From positions 94,977,141 through 95,041,140 of the forward strand of contig JARDVH010000059.1 of assembly GCA_030324005.1 (NCBI GenBank): DNA of 64,000 nt. The letters are read 5' to 3'. The notes below the pieces were generated by a model that was not told the origin of the DNA, searched no databases, and worked only from the letters and a program-made list of their open reading frames with translations. The DNA comes from Negaprion brevirostris. Lineage: Eukaryota. Below, piece after piece: positions 11,864 to 24,096 of this stretch (positions are counted from its first letter, which is position 1; each line of letters starts with the position of its first letter). Position numbers and translations under genes: made by a program.

Positions 11864-12370
11864 GGCGGCATGATAGGACAGTGGTTAGCACTGCTGCTTC
11901 ACAGCTCCAGGGTCCTGGGTTCGATTCCCGGCTTGCGTCACTGTCTGTGTGGAGTTTGCACATTCTCCCGGTGTCTGCATGGGTTTCCTCTGGGTACTCT
12001 GGTTTCCTCCTACAGTACAAAGATGTGTGGGTTAGGTTGATTGGCCATGCTAAGAAATTGCCCCTTAGTGTCCAGGGATGTGTGGATTAGTGGGTATAAT
12101 ATGTAGGGATATGGGGGTAGGGCCTGGGTGGGATTGTGTTTGGTGCAGACTCGAAGGGCCTCTTTCTGCACTGTAGGGATNNNNNNNNNNNNNNNNNNNN
12201 NNNNNNNNNNNNNNNNNNNNNNNNNNNNNNNNNNNNNNNNNNNNNNNNNNNNNNNNNNNNNNNNNNNNNNNNNNNNNNNNTATGAGGGTAGGGCCTGGGT
12301 GGGATTGTGTTCGGTGCAGACTCGATGGGCTAAAGGGCCCCTTTCTATACTGTAGGGTTCTATGATTCTT
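11864..12370 (+). mobile_element. HE1/V-type SINE, tail repeated after a 100-N gap
   Basis: cagtggttagcactgctgcttcacagctccagggtcctgggttcgattcccgg; V domain; tail gggtagggcctgggtgggattgtg...ctgtaggg. Confidence 0.9.
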
Positions 12371-12439
12371 TGACTAGCCATATTGATCTTGACACCAGAA
12401 TGCTAACTTTGCGACAAAAGTAGAAGTGTCTGAATAAGA

Positions 12440-13125
12440 ATGAAAGGCTTGCGTTTATATCATGGTTTTTGTGACCCCTAGACATTCCAAAGCAATTTGC
12501 AGACAGTTAAATAGTTTTGAAGGGTTCTAGTGTAGGAAGCAAGCAATTTGCAATTTTTACACACAGGGAAATGATCTGATTTTGGTGCTAGTTGAATCAG
12601 AAATGAAGACTAGGGACTAGGAAAACTCCGAAATTAAAACAGAAAATGCTGGACAAACTTAGGTTTGACAGCATCTGTGGAGAGAGAAACACAGAATGTT
12701 TCGAGTCCATATGATCCTTCTACAACTGAAGGGTCACGTGGACTCGGCGTCAACTGTTTCTCTCTCTAAAGAAGAGCTGAGTTTACCCAGCATTTTCTGT
12801 TCTTATCTTCAATTTCCAGCGTCCACAGTATTTTGCTTTACCAAGAGAACCCTGTTGCTTATCTTCTGAGAGATCTGTTGCATTTGCTTTAAAGGCAGAC
12901 AGGACCTCAATTTAACTTATCATTTTAAAAACCTGCACTCACCCAATATTGTTAAAGTTTCTGAGCAAATGTCATTGATCTGAAACGTTAACTGTTTCTC
13001 ATTCCATCGATGTTGCCTCACCGGAGCATTTTCTGGTTTTATTTACTTGCCAATACGGCACTGGCATAACAACCTAAATTGTGTGGAAGTGGGTCTTTAT
13101 CCCACACCCATCTGACTTGTTTCAA
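12440..13125 (-). mobile_element. Old SINE, probably Deu-domain/SacSINE1-like, hosting two Penelope-derived inserts
   Basis: Begins with a reversed L2-type tail (cttgcgtttatat..ccaaagcaatttgcag), then degenerate body segments interrupted at 12632-12840 and 12955-13045. Family name is from recollection only. Confidence 0.45.
12632..12840. mobile_element. Palindromic Penelope-derived non-autonomous element
   Basis: Inverted arms aacagaaaatgctgg..gagagagaaac / gtttctctctc..ccagcattttctgtt with inner gagtcca..tggactc; same terminus as the Penelope relic at 50004. Confidence 0.7.
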
Positions 13126-16009
13126 GGAGGGCGCTTGTCCTTTCTACATAAAACAAGTGACAATGACATACTGTTCAATTTACTTCCGGCTGATATATTT
13201 TTATTTATTTGCATTTCACTGATTCTGGGAGCATATTATTGATCATATTGAATCCCCAATAGCTTTCGGAAGCATACGCCTTCACTGCTTAACATTGAAG
13301 TTTCTGCATATGTCTAAGCTTAGATATTTTTCTGTGCTTGATAAGATTTTTGTTCGTTTATTGGTAACTGCAGCATTGGAATGATTATCTTTTCATGCCA
13401 AACTCTTGGTTGGGATATACACCAGCATTCAAACATTGGCCGTTGATGCTGGGTTCTGGTGAAATTGTTTGTTATATCAGGTTACTTCTGGTAAAGGCCA
13501 AGAAAATTTTGGAATTTCAAAATAATCCATTGATCCCAAAAGAATTGGAGACACCCAATAATATGATGAGGTGCTGTGTAAATGTGCATTATATTTTTTA
13601 AGGAACCGCAGCCTATTCTGCACAACACATTGGTATTACGAATGGTGGGTAGGTATTATAGTAACAGGTGATTTGACCTTTTGCAAAGTGACTATGCAGT
13701 CAGGCTTGTTGAAGAAGAATCCTAACTTCAGACAGATCAAGTTTATCACCGCTCATTGAGGTTGTGCAGAGAACAGTCCAGAATGAGTGCAACAATGAAA
13801 TGGTGCTCACTCAAGACTGAGGAGTTTACCTGTCTGTCGTAATGAAAACCTTAGATTGTTAATGCCCCCCTTTGCTGACACCAGAACACAGTTTAATTGA
13901 GCATTAACCTTGGCTGGGACTCCATTAATAGCTACCAAAACTGTGACTCGGTTTTTGTGCAACAGTGACCTCGTAGCTCTGCAAGCCATTGTGTCTTGTG
14001 TCAGTGAATGGGTACAGATATAATAATTGGTGCTGGGGGGATTAGTTAAGAGGATAGTGGACAAAGCAGTAGTACCAGTGCCAAAAAACATGTTTTAAAG
14101 CAGTAACTATCCTTTCCACTCCACAAACTGTCCACATCACCACTTTTGGTTGAGTCTAAGAGCCTGGAGCCCTGAAGATTTCCAGCATCCTTTTCTATTC
14201 TACAGTTTGTATGTTGATTCCATATGTTCATGCGTTAACTGAGTAGGGCACATTGACCTGAGCAGACAAGAAGTAATGTTGAATAATACAAATGTAGCCC
14301 AAAAAGCTGAATGCTTATCCAAATCTGAACTCCTCAACTGCAGGTAGTTGTTGAATTGCTAATTACTTTGTTGGTATATCACCGAGTTGGGTATTTTATG
14401 CTGTAAAGCAATTGTCTGTGTAATCACTTCATAAATTCTTCTTATCCCTTGGACTGAACATGTAACTTTTGCAGTTAAAATGGATATAATCTTTGGAATT
14501 TGGCACTGTAGAAACGCCTGGTTTTAAATTTCAGGCATTCTTAAACCTGCATGCCAAGGAATTACATTGTTCCATTTCAAATGAATGGTAGTTTAGTCTG
14601 GAGAACAGAAAAATGTGGTGGAAATTTTTAAATGGTGTTAATGACAATTTACAGTGCACTTTGTAGGATAGAATATGCTGTACTGTGGGAAGCTCATTAC
14701 CTTTTGAAGGCGACCACTCAATGGTTTAAAAGAGCCAGGCAAAGATCCAGAAGTGCCCTTCACCATTTTCAATTGCCATGTGCCAGTACTGATTTACTGA
14801 TTCCATCCCTGACTTTCGTCTCTGTATTGAAACTTGCCAAAAGGGCCCCAAAACACATTGGAGTGAGATTGAAAACTAATTTTTCCATTTAATAGAATAA
14901 GCTGCAGTTCAAAGGAATGATTTTACAGTTAAAAATGCTGCTACTAAGGAACAGTTGACTTTGAAAGCTATTTGTATGAAAATCAGAAATATTGTCATGA
15001 ACGTTTGAGCACTTTTTTGAAATCATCAGGCTTTTAGAAAATTGTCTGTCACTCAGCAAAAAGGAACTCCAACTTTAGAAGAGTTTGTGAATTGAGCATG
15101 GCCCATTGGGGATGTTTGCCAAAAGTTAAAGCTTTAGGAAAATCTTGGGCCTTAATGCTTGGATTTTTTTTGCTGTTTTCTACCACCGTGAAAATAATTT
15201 ATGCATGTTAGGACTTGAACTCCACACAAAGGCAAATCCAGATGCTGCAAGAGATTTGGGAAGTTGACAGATGTCTTGGAGTGTGTACTTTTACATTGGA
15301 ATAGGCAGGTATTGCAGAAAATGCGTAAGATTCACATAGTCCAAGTTAGCAACCAGTCACAGCCTACCCATTTACCACACATTTGCAATTAGAAAAGTCA
15401 GAAAAAATTATCTCCAGTGAAGGCAGTCTTAATTTGTAGCATAAAAGACACATTCTGTTCTTGATTTGCTAAGCATTCTGGTGTTTTGTGACTATTGCTA
15501 ATCACAGCTGGATCTGAAGAGGGTCTGGCCTTTAAAGTTGTCTAGTTACATCCCTTGGACCTATACATCATCCAATATACCGAATTGTACTAGAGCATTC
15601 AAGCCGAATGGTAGCCTCCCAACTCTGACAATGTTATGACTGAATTTCTTTTCATAATTGTCCCTGGATTTCTTCAGATTGGTTGCGACTGACGCTTTAA
15701 AGTTGTGGTTTTTAGATGTAATCCAAGTATGTTGTAATTATAAATTGTGGCCATCCATCACTGCCACAATAAATCACGCAAAGAAAACAGTTCTCATTCT
15801 GTGTACAATAGAAGAATGGTCCTGGTGGTGGTGGGACTTCAGCATTACTTTTGTGTAATAGCTCCAACTTGTGTACAACTGATGTGATAACTTAAGTATG
15901 ACTTAAGATTTGACCAGTGTGAGTGGGCTTTCAATCTACGGATGGCTAAAATCTTAAATGTAGGTTTTGTGGCCTAACTCAAATATAAGACATAAAATTT
16001 TGTTACAAG

Positions 16010-16370
16010 ATTCAATGCAGTTCAGCCTTATATTTCCTGACCTACATTAGTTCCCTGTCCAATGGCACTTTAATTTTACAATGCTCATTTTTGTTTTCAA
16101 ATCCTCCTGTCCCGATGGCATTGTCCCTCCCCCTCTCCCTAACTTTCCCCAGATCCATAGCTCCCTGGGCCCTCTGTTTCATCAATTTTGGCTGCTTGCT
16201 ATTCTGAGTTTTCTTCATTCCATCGTTGGTGGCCGTGACTTTTTTCTGCCTCGTCCCTGAGCTCTAGAATTCCCATCCTAAACCTCTGACTCTCTATCCT
16301 TTTATGAACTCCTTTAAAACTGGCGTCGTCTGCTCTAATATCTCATTTATGTTGCTCAGCGTCAGATTAT
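16010..16370 (+). mobile_element. Old L2-type 3' fragment
   Basis: ctacattagttccc..ttgttttcaaatcc..ctctagaattccc..cctttaaaac, similar to 5900-6300 and 25930-26370. Confidence 0.5.
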
Positions 16371-17553
16371 TGTCCAAGCAAATGTGTTTTTGATACTTTG
16401 GAGAAACTACTGGTTTCCTAATCCCAGTCTCTGGCTAATGCTGTTCTGTACTTGGCTATCAAGAAGTCATAAGACTAACATAATTCATTTTGTTCTCCTA
16501 AAGCACATCTCCCTTTCTTAAAAAAGTATGATTTTAATTGGTGGTTGACAATATAAATGAGGTGCTCCTTGGCTTGTGTTCCATGTGCATCATTGTTGTT
16601 TGGCTTAAATCAGCTATTGAATGCACATGTAGGTGTCAATTCATTGTACATTCCTGGACAATAAATTGGGAATTGAATTTATTCTGTGTAGAAGATTGGA
16701 TTTGAGCAATTAAAGCCACCCAGTTTTCGGGATGAGAAAATAAACCATAGCACAACACAGCTTCTGCTTCACAATCTCAAGGCTCATGTATGATAAATAT
16801 ACAAATGTTTTTGCGTTGTTATATGTTAATTGACTCAAAATACCTACAATTTTGGAAATGTATTTTATAGTCTGACTTGTTAAAAGACAACATGATTTTA
16901 TTATTCATATTTTTTGGTCTGAATCACAATTATCTTCCCAAGTATTTTGAGCATTTAAGATCTGCACCTGGTGCTGTTCTACCTTTTGGGCATTAGCCAT
17001 CTTCTCATGCTTTCTGGTCTACAGAAATGGCTTGGCTAGTTTATTTTACAACTAAAATATGTTTTAATAGTTTTACACCGTTTAATTTTTTTTGCTGTTT
17101 ATTGAATTTATGATAGTCGAGGTGAGAAGCTATTTTGATTTATCTGAAGTCATTGATACCTCAGACTTTTTTTGCAACTTGAAGTATTTTGGAAGTTTGA
17201 TTTGCTATATTGAAAGATTTACAAACATTGGAAGAAAGCTTCTCCATTTTTATGAAACCAAGGTATCTTTGCCTTCAGTTCTTGCCTCTGGCATACGTTA
17301 ATTTCAATAGCATTACATTTTGAAATGAATATCTGAGCAGAGTGCAGTCAATTACTGAAGTGTTTTGGAATCTCCACTTAAAACTTCGTGGTTCAGAAAG
17401 CTGTACAAGAAATTGCGTTAAATTATTTTACCACCACCAAAATGGAGTTCCTCCAAGTTGAACTGGAAGGAAGGAGCATTTTTTAACAAAGTGTCTTTGC
17501 CAGGGGATTGTTTGGTTCTATTGATGAACGTCTGCTGTTCTGTTTACTGAAAG

Positions 17554-17649
17554 ATGGTGACATTGATTTTATCCTGGCCCCTGCTGTGGGATCTCTTACC
17601 ACAGCAGCATCTGGTACTGGACAAGGACCAAGCACATCTACCATTCCAG
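17554..17649 (+). CDS. UBR5: UBR5 exon DGDIDFILAPAVGSLTTAA...STIP
   Basis: gaaag|AT ... CCAG|gtgagg; 96 nt, phase 1-1. Confidence 0.95.
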
Positions 17650-20600
17650 GTGAGGATTTCAGTTCCTTTTTCTACACTCGTTTTCTACCTCAACTTGAAG
17701 GTTTTGACCTGTGCTGGTATTAGTTACCTTGCTCAAATAACCTTTCTGATGTCATCAGGGTCAACAAATTAGTATGGCTTTTATAAACATGCTAGTGGGG
17801 GAATGGAGATAATCCATCAAACTGAATCTCATCTGTCATGCACTCCTAGTAGGTGTCATTGGATAGAATTCAGGAGGAAAATCCTGTCTAACTTTCACCA
17901 CGTTGACCATGGGACACTAAGACAGCCTATAATATCCCTATTACCACTTTTTGAGAGGCCAAATCCTTACCAGTAGAGTTCTTGTGGGGAGATGAAGGTG
18001 ACACTGACAGATTCAAATTATTTTCATGGCCTGGTTCCAGACTTACTCTTACATTAGTCACAGCAAACTGACTTGTGTTTGCATGTCATTTTCAGAATGT
18101 TTAACTTTAATATATATTGATCTGCTTACACTTTAAAAAAACATATTTGTAACATAACCTTTCACAAAGGTAGACTTCAAAGATATTCTTCACACACAAA
18201 TCATTCAAGTTGGGGGAAGAGATTTGCATCAGAACTTCTCAGCAACTCTGCATGATTCCTTCTCTAACCATGGACATTGATTCCCATTTGTTTTCAGCAT
18301 CCTTTTATTATACGCCTGGCTGAACTCGCCTAACTCACAGCACCAACTGGGAAATTGAACCCAGGGAACTTTGTGGTTCTGTTTCCAAAGAATGATTACG
18401 TTGAGCTCAATGTTAGCTCTGTTTCTCTGACCACATTCTGCCAGGCCTGTTGAGTTTTACCAGCGCTCTTTTATTTCAGATCTCCGGCATCAGCAATATT
18501 TTGCTTTTATTAATTTCCTGGTTGACTTAATTAACCCTCAGAGCTAAGAAGGTTGCAGGCTTTATAATCAATTGCTGTCTTAACCAACCAAACAATTTGT
18601 CAAATGCTACATTATTAAGTTTGTTTTTTCTGCACATTTCAAAATAAAATTTTCATAAATTCATTAATCACAGTTTAACCTTTCAAGGTACTTTATAGAA
18701 AGTGTCTTAAAAATTTTAGCTTCTACATAGTATACTGCTTATATTGTTGCTTGAATTTCTACTTAAGACATATAGTGGCTGATATTTTCATTTAAAAATA
18801 CAAGACACTGCCTCATTTTAGGAATTATGTGCATTACTCTGGTTCTTCTCTGATCATAAGATCCAAATCTGCTCCATGTTTTTATTGCCTTCTAGTTTGT
18901 CATTGACTAAAATGCAGTCGGAGTATCTAGATATTCATTTTAAATGCAGAAAAAACTATCTTAAATGAAAGAAGAATGTTTTACTTCTTAAACATATTAA
19001 ATTTGGATCTTCTATTAAGAAAGAAGTAAATTCTTGCAAATATAGAATTCCATGTTACTTTATAGAAGTGTGTTTCACTTCTAAATGACCTAGCTCTAAT
19101 TTTAAGACTATGCCCTTGTTCTGGAATCAAATCTTCTAGAGGAAATAACCCCAAGATCTGCTGCAATCATCTTATTGTCTTTTGTTGCTTTATACCCTCC
19201 CCCACCAATAAAAAGCTGGCTTCCCATCTGAGGAAAAGCTGGGAGGAGTGGAAATTCTGCCTGTGTGTTTAACATCATATTCTTGAGTTTCCCATGCCAG
19301 CTGATGTCATTTTATGTATCTCCCTCTTCTGGAAAGCAAGTTGTTTTTTCTGGTGTAGTTGGAGATAAAAGTTCTTTGTTACTATTCTGTTCTTGGGGCT
19401 TAAATTTTGTTATTCTTGGAATGTTGCTAAATTGTCTTTTACGTTAATTTATTATGGTTTTCCATTGCTGTTCTTCATCTTTACTTCCTGGAAATCTGTG
19501 CAGATTCATCCTCTAAATTGGCATCCAATTACTTTTTCAATTTAATTTTGTTGTTTCATGTCTCCTGTCTAGAGGGAGACAATCCATTATAGATTAAGGT
19601 TCAGAGCTCATAATGAGCTTTTAATTTGCTGGAAAAAATTTGCATAACAAGCTGGCTTCAATTTGTGCCTCTGCAAGGTTCTGTATCATTCATGAAAAAT
19701 AATTTGTGCTGAAACTCAAAATCTGACACAAGACAGAATTGTTCCATTACTCATTCAAAATTAGAGGATATGGTAAATCATTTTCCAAGTCAACTTGGAA
19801 ACTGTGCATGTTTTACCGAAACTCTTGATGTAATCCATAAACCTCTCCAAACTAAGCGGCAGTAAGTTTTTCTGCTACCGTTCACAAACAAAACGGGGAT
19901 TTTAAAAAAAGCACTGAAATCTTAATGATAGCATGTGATGAAATCTGAAACTGGGCAAAGGCCCAAATACATTCAAAGGAACACCCCAGTAAATCACAAG
20001 AGAGCACATTTGGGAAGGGATCTCATGCTCACCCTCCTAGATTTTTTTTTCAGTTGCTGCTTTTCAGTGAGAAGTTTATATTTGGGAGAAATGCCTTTGC
20101 TTATTTAAAGGCAGCTGTTACTCAAGTTCTTTGCTTAAGACATTTCTAGTAATTTCTTGTAAAACCCTCTTGACTTGTAAATGGTCAGAACAAAATCAAC
20201 TAGGACTNNNNNNNTTCAGAGGGATGTTAAATGTTGTATTAAAGAAAAGTCTGAGAAATGTTTCTCTAACCAAAAAATTGCTTCAGGAATCAATGTGAAC
20301 ATTAAACAGGCATTGATTTTCTTCATAAAAATGTGGGTGGAGGGTGGATGTGAAATTCCAAATGGAAGAGGAAGATAACAGATTTTGTACAACTGTAGGA
20401 GAGCAGTTAAGTACATATTTTAAAAGAGAACACCTTCAGTTCAAAAACTATTTCCTGATTGTTCATATGGAACCGTAACAGATATGATCCAGATGGTCTT
20501 AATAGCCTTTTTTTAATAAAGTACTCTCCCTACATAATATTTTCTCAACTCGTCTTGCTGCAAGGACCTGAATGTATTTCTAGGGTTAATTCGTCTAAGG

Positions 20601-20860
20601 AGCGTGTCTGACTGCTGCTTGTTGCCTAGGACAGCATTGTTGAGATTGGGAATTTATCACATTTATGGACATCGATGTACAAGTACAATTCTTTAATCAC
20701 GATATAGGATAATGCAAGCTAAATGTACTGTCACTGAATTTTGTTTAAAGTTAAGACTTTTCAGTGAAGTGTAATACTCTCTATGTAGTATAAAAAAATC
20801 TGATATAAAAGCAAACCTTTCTCCATTTCACTCAAGATAATTTTGTTTTTTCCACTTCAG

Positions 20861-20984
20861 GTCCTTCATCTGAGCCACCTGTAGTTGAGTCAAAGGACAG
20901 AAAAGCTAACGCTCATTTGATCTTAAAATTACTTTGTGAAAGTGTGGTACTGCGACCTTACCTTAGAGAATTGCTTTCAGCCAA
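20861..20984 (+). CDS. UBR5: UBR5 exon GPSSEPPVVESKDRKANAH...ELLSA
   Basis: ttcag|GT ... GCCAA|gtaagt; phase 1-2. Confidence 0.95.
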
Positions 20985-21869
20985 GTAAGTATGCTGTACA
21001 ATTCAAATAGCTTTCATGTCAGATGTGAATTTGGTATAAAAATAAAGCAAAGATTTTTGAGATATATTTGTGCAGAGACTGAGAGATATATAAATGGTCC
21101 TTTGGTACCTTGTGAAGCATATAATTCCAAAACTCAAATCTAGTTTGCAGTATATTGAACATGGCTACAGTTAAACAAACTAGCTGATTTACTTTTAATC
21201 TTCATNNNNNNNNNNNNNNNNNNNNNNNNNNNNNNNNNNNNNNNNNNNNNNNNNNNNNNNNNNNNNNNNNNNNNNNNNNNNNNNNNNNNNNNNNNNNNNN
21301 NNNNNNNNNNNNNNNNNNNNNNNNNNNNNNNNNNNNNNNNNNNNNNNNNNNNNNNNNNNNNNNNNNNNNNNNNNNNNNNNNNNNNNNNNNNNNNNNNNNN
21401 NNNNNNNNNNNNNNNNNNNNNNNNNNNNNNNNNNNNNNNNNNNNNNNNNNNNNNNNNNNNNNNNNNNNNNNNNNNNNNNNNNNNNNNNNNNNNNNNNNNN
21501 NNNNNNNNNNNNNNNNNNNNNNNNNNNNNNNNNNNNNNNNNNNNNNNNNNNNNNNNNNNNNNNNNNNNNNNNNNNNNNNNNNNNNNNNNNNNNNNNNNNN
21601 NNNNNNNNNNNNNNNNNNNNNNNNNNNNNNNNNNNNNNNNNNNNNNNNNNNNNNNNNNNNNNNNNNNNNNTTGCTTTTGTTTCTTCAAATTCCTAAGTTA
21701 ATGCAGTTACTGAAAGGTAGATTCAGAAAGCAGATATTCAAAGTTCTTGAGCATTTCTTGTCCCCAGGATGAGTGTTGCATTGTAATATTGTAGAAACTG
21801 GCATGAAGAGACAGCCAAAGATTCCAGAACAGCTTTGAAGACCATGGCAAAGGTCCCTACCTAAATAAT

Positions 21870-23710
21870 TATGAATGCTATAGGCATATAAATAAATAGT
21901 AAAGGAGTAGGTCTGATTAGGGACCTAAAAATGAATTTACACAGCGGCCAGGAGCATGGCTGAGGGTCTAAATGAACACTTTGCAACCATCTTTAGCAAT
22001 GAGGTTGATTTACCTAGGCCGTGGTGACAGATGAAGAAACTCTGTCACTAGAAGGTTCAGAATTGGAGGAGGAAGTGCAGAATAGGCTGTTGGGACTTGA
22101 AGTTGACAAGGCATCAGGACCAGGTGAGATATATCCAAGGACATTGAAGGAAGTGAGAATGGGAATTGCTGGGGAGCTGGTCATAATTTTTCAGTCTTCC
22201 TGAGACTCGGGAGGTGTTAAAGACTGGAGAATTACAAGCATATTACGTCTTTGTTCAAAAATGGTTGTCACAGTAAGCCTAGCAATTGCAGACCAGTCTG
22301 TTTAATTTCAGTAGTGGACAAGCTTATGGAAATAATTATTTGAGATATTAGTAGTAAGATGGAGAATGGGAGTTGATGAGGAAGAGCCAGCATTTCGAAA
22401 GGGGAAATCTTGTTCAACCAACTTGCTGGAATTTATTGAAGAGGTAACAGGTTCAGTGAAGATAATGCTGTTGATGTGTTGTGCAAAGATTTTCAAAAAG
22501 CATTCGAAATAGTGCCACACAGACTTGAGAAAAGTTATAGCTCATGGAATAAAAGCGATAGTTGCAATGTGGATACAAAATTGGTTGAATAATAATGGTC
22601 ATTGCATACTTTTTGGACTGGAGAAATGTTTATAGTGGATTTCTGAGGGTGTGCTTTTGGGACCCTTGCTTTTACTGATGCATATTGATCTTGATTTTGG
22701 TGTGCAGGGGGCAATGAAGTTTATGGATCGATAGGAGTTTGCAAATATTGTGAACTGGTCAGTCTAGAACTTCAAAAGGAGTGGGCATTTCAGTGGTAGA
22801 TGAAATCCATTGTGGAGAAATGTGAGGTGATGCATTTTGGTTGGAAGAACATGGGGAGACGATTAAATAAGGGGCACAATTCCTGAGGGATGAAGAGCAG
22901 GGGATCCTGTATGTGTGCATAGATCATTGAAGATGGCAAGGCCAGTGGAGAGAGCCGTTAATAAAGCATATAGTATCCTGGACCTTATTAATAGGAGTGT
23001 AGAGTACAAGAGTAAGGAGGTTATGTTGAACTGGTTTTAGTTAGACCTCAACTTGAACATTGTGTGCTGTTGTCAGCACCACACTGTAGCAAGGTCTGTG
23101 AACACATTGGAAAGAATGCAGAAGAGTTTTGTAAGAATGATTCGAGGGATGAAAAACTTCAGTTTTGAGGATAGATTGGAGAGGTTGCGACTGTTCATTT
23201 TGGAGAGAAGGTTAAGAGGAGCTTTGTGGAGATGCTCAAAATCAGAAGAGGGCTGGACAGGTAGATGGGGAGAAACTGTCGTCAGTTGTGAAAGAATTAA
23301 GAACGAGAGAGCACAGATGTAAAATTATTTGTAAAAAGCAAANNNNNNNNNNNNNNNNNNNNNNNNNNNNNNNNNNNNNNNNNNNNNNNNNNNNNNNNNN
23401 NNNNNNNNNNNNNNNNNNNNNNNNNNNNNNNNNNNNNNNNNNAGATGTAAAATTATTTGTAAAAAGCAAATGTGATGTGAGGGGGAAAAAAAATTGAGTG
23501 GGTCAGGTCTGGAATGCACTGCCTGAAAGTGTGGTGGAGGCAGGTTCAGTTGAGCATTCAGGAGGGCATTAGAGGATTATTTGAAGAGAAACAATGTGCA
23601 GGGTATGGAGTAAAAGAAGGGGAATGGCACAGTGTTATCATACTCATTTGGCAATCCAGTGCAGACACATTGGGCTGAATGGCCTCCTGCATGGTAAAAA
23701 TTCTGAGATT
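21870..23710 (+). mobile_element. CR1 LINE ORF2 (RT) plus 3' UTR, about 1.8 kb, decayed
   Basis: LEVDKASGPGEIYPRTLKE, GKSCSTNLLEF, DFQKAF and LERMQK segments with frameshifts; tail gggctgaatggcctcct. Confidence 0.9.
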
Positions 23711-23998
23711 CGGTGAATTTGTTGCTAAATTATAAAGTGGATGATGGGAATGTGGGGAGGGGTCATAAGAGCCTCATTCTAAACTTGCCCCATTTTAACC
23801 AATGCAATTGTCAGCAAGGCAAGATAACTCACCAGGGCAATGTTTCCCCTCTTTTGTCAAGAGGATGCTATAGTAAATAAAATCCACCGTTTGCAAGAGT
23901 AATTCGTGCCCGAGTTGTACAATTTTCAATTGTGCATTTTTGTACCAAGCATATTTTACTTTAAATTGTGTATCTGAATCTTGATTCTCCATTTTCAG

Positions 23999-24096
23999 GG
24001 ATGCAAGAGGAATGACACCTTTTATGCTAGCTGTTGGTGGAAGAGCTTACCCAGCTGCAATTACCATTCTAGAAACCGCTCAGAAAATAGCTAAAG
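23999..24096 (+). CDS. UBR5: UBR5 exon KDARGMTPFMLAVGGRAYPAA...KIAK
   Basis: ttcag|G ... AAAG|gtattt; phase 2-1. Confidence 0.95.

Noticed and set aside
11864-11940. tRNA-like A and B boxes (also at the other SINE heads)
   Set aside because: They continue into a SINE body and LINE-like tail, with no complete cloverleaf, so they are not tRNA genes.
12110-12370. Duplicated SINE tail either side of a 100-N gap
   Set aside because: Cannot separate a tandem SINE from mis-joined repeat copies; the gap size is a placeholder.
13481-13490. Possible 10-nt microexon cag|GTTACTTCTG|gtaaag
   Set aside because: Not a multiple of 3, modest pyrimidine tract and no supporting evidence.
23315-23470. Apparent direct repeat agatgtaaaattatttgtaaaaagcaaa on both sides of a 100-N gap
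   Set aside because: Typical unmerged contig overlap, not a biological duplication.
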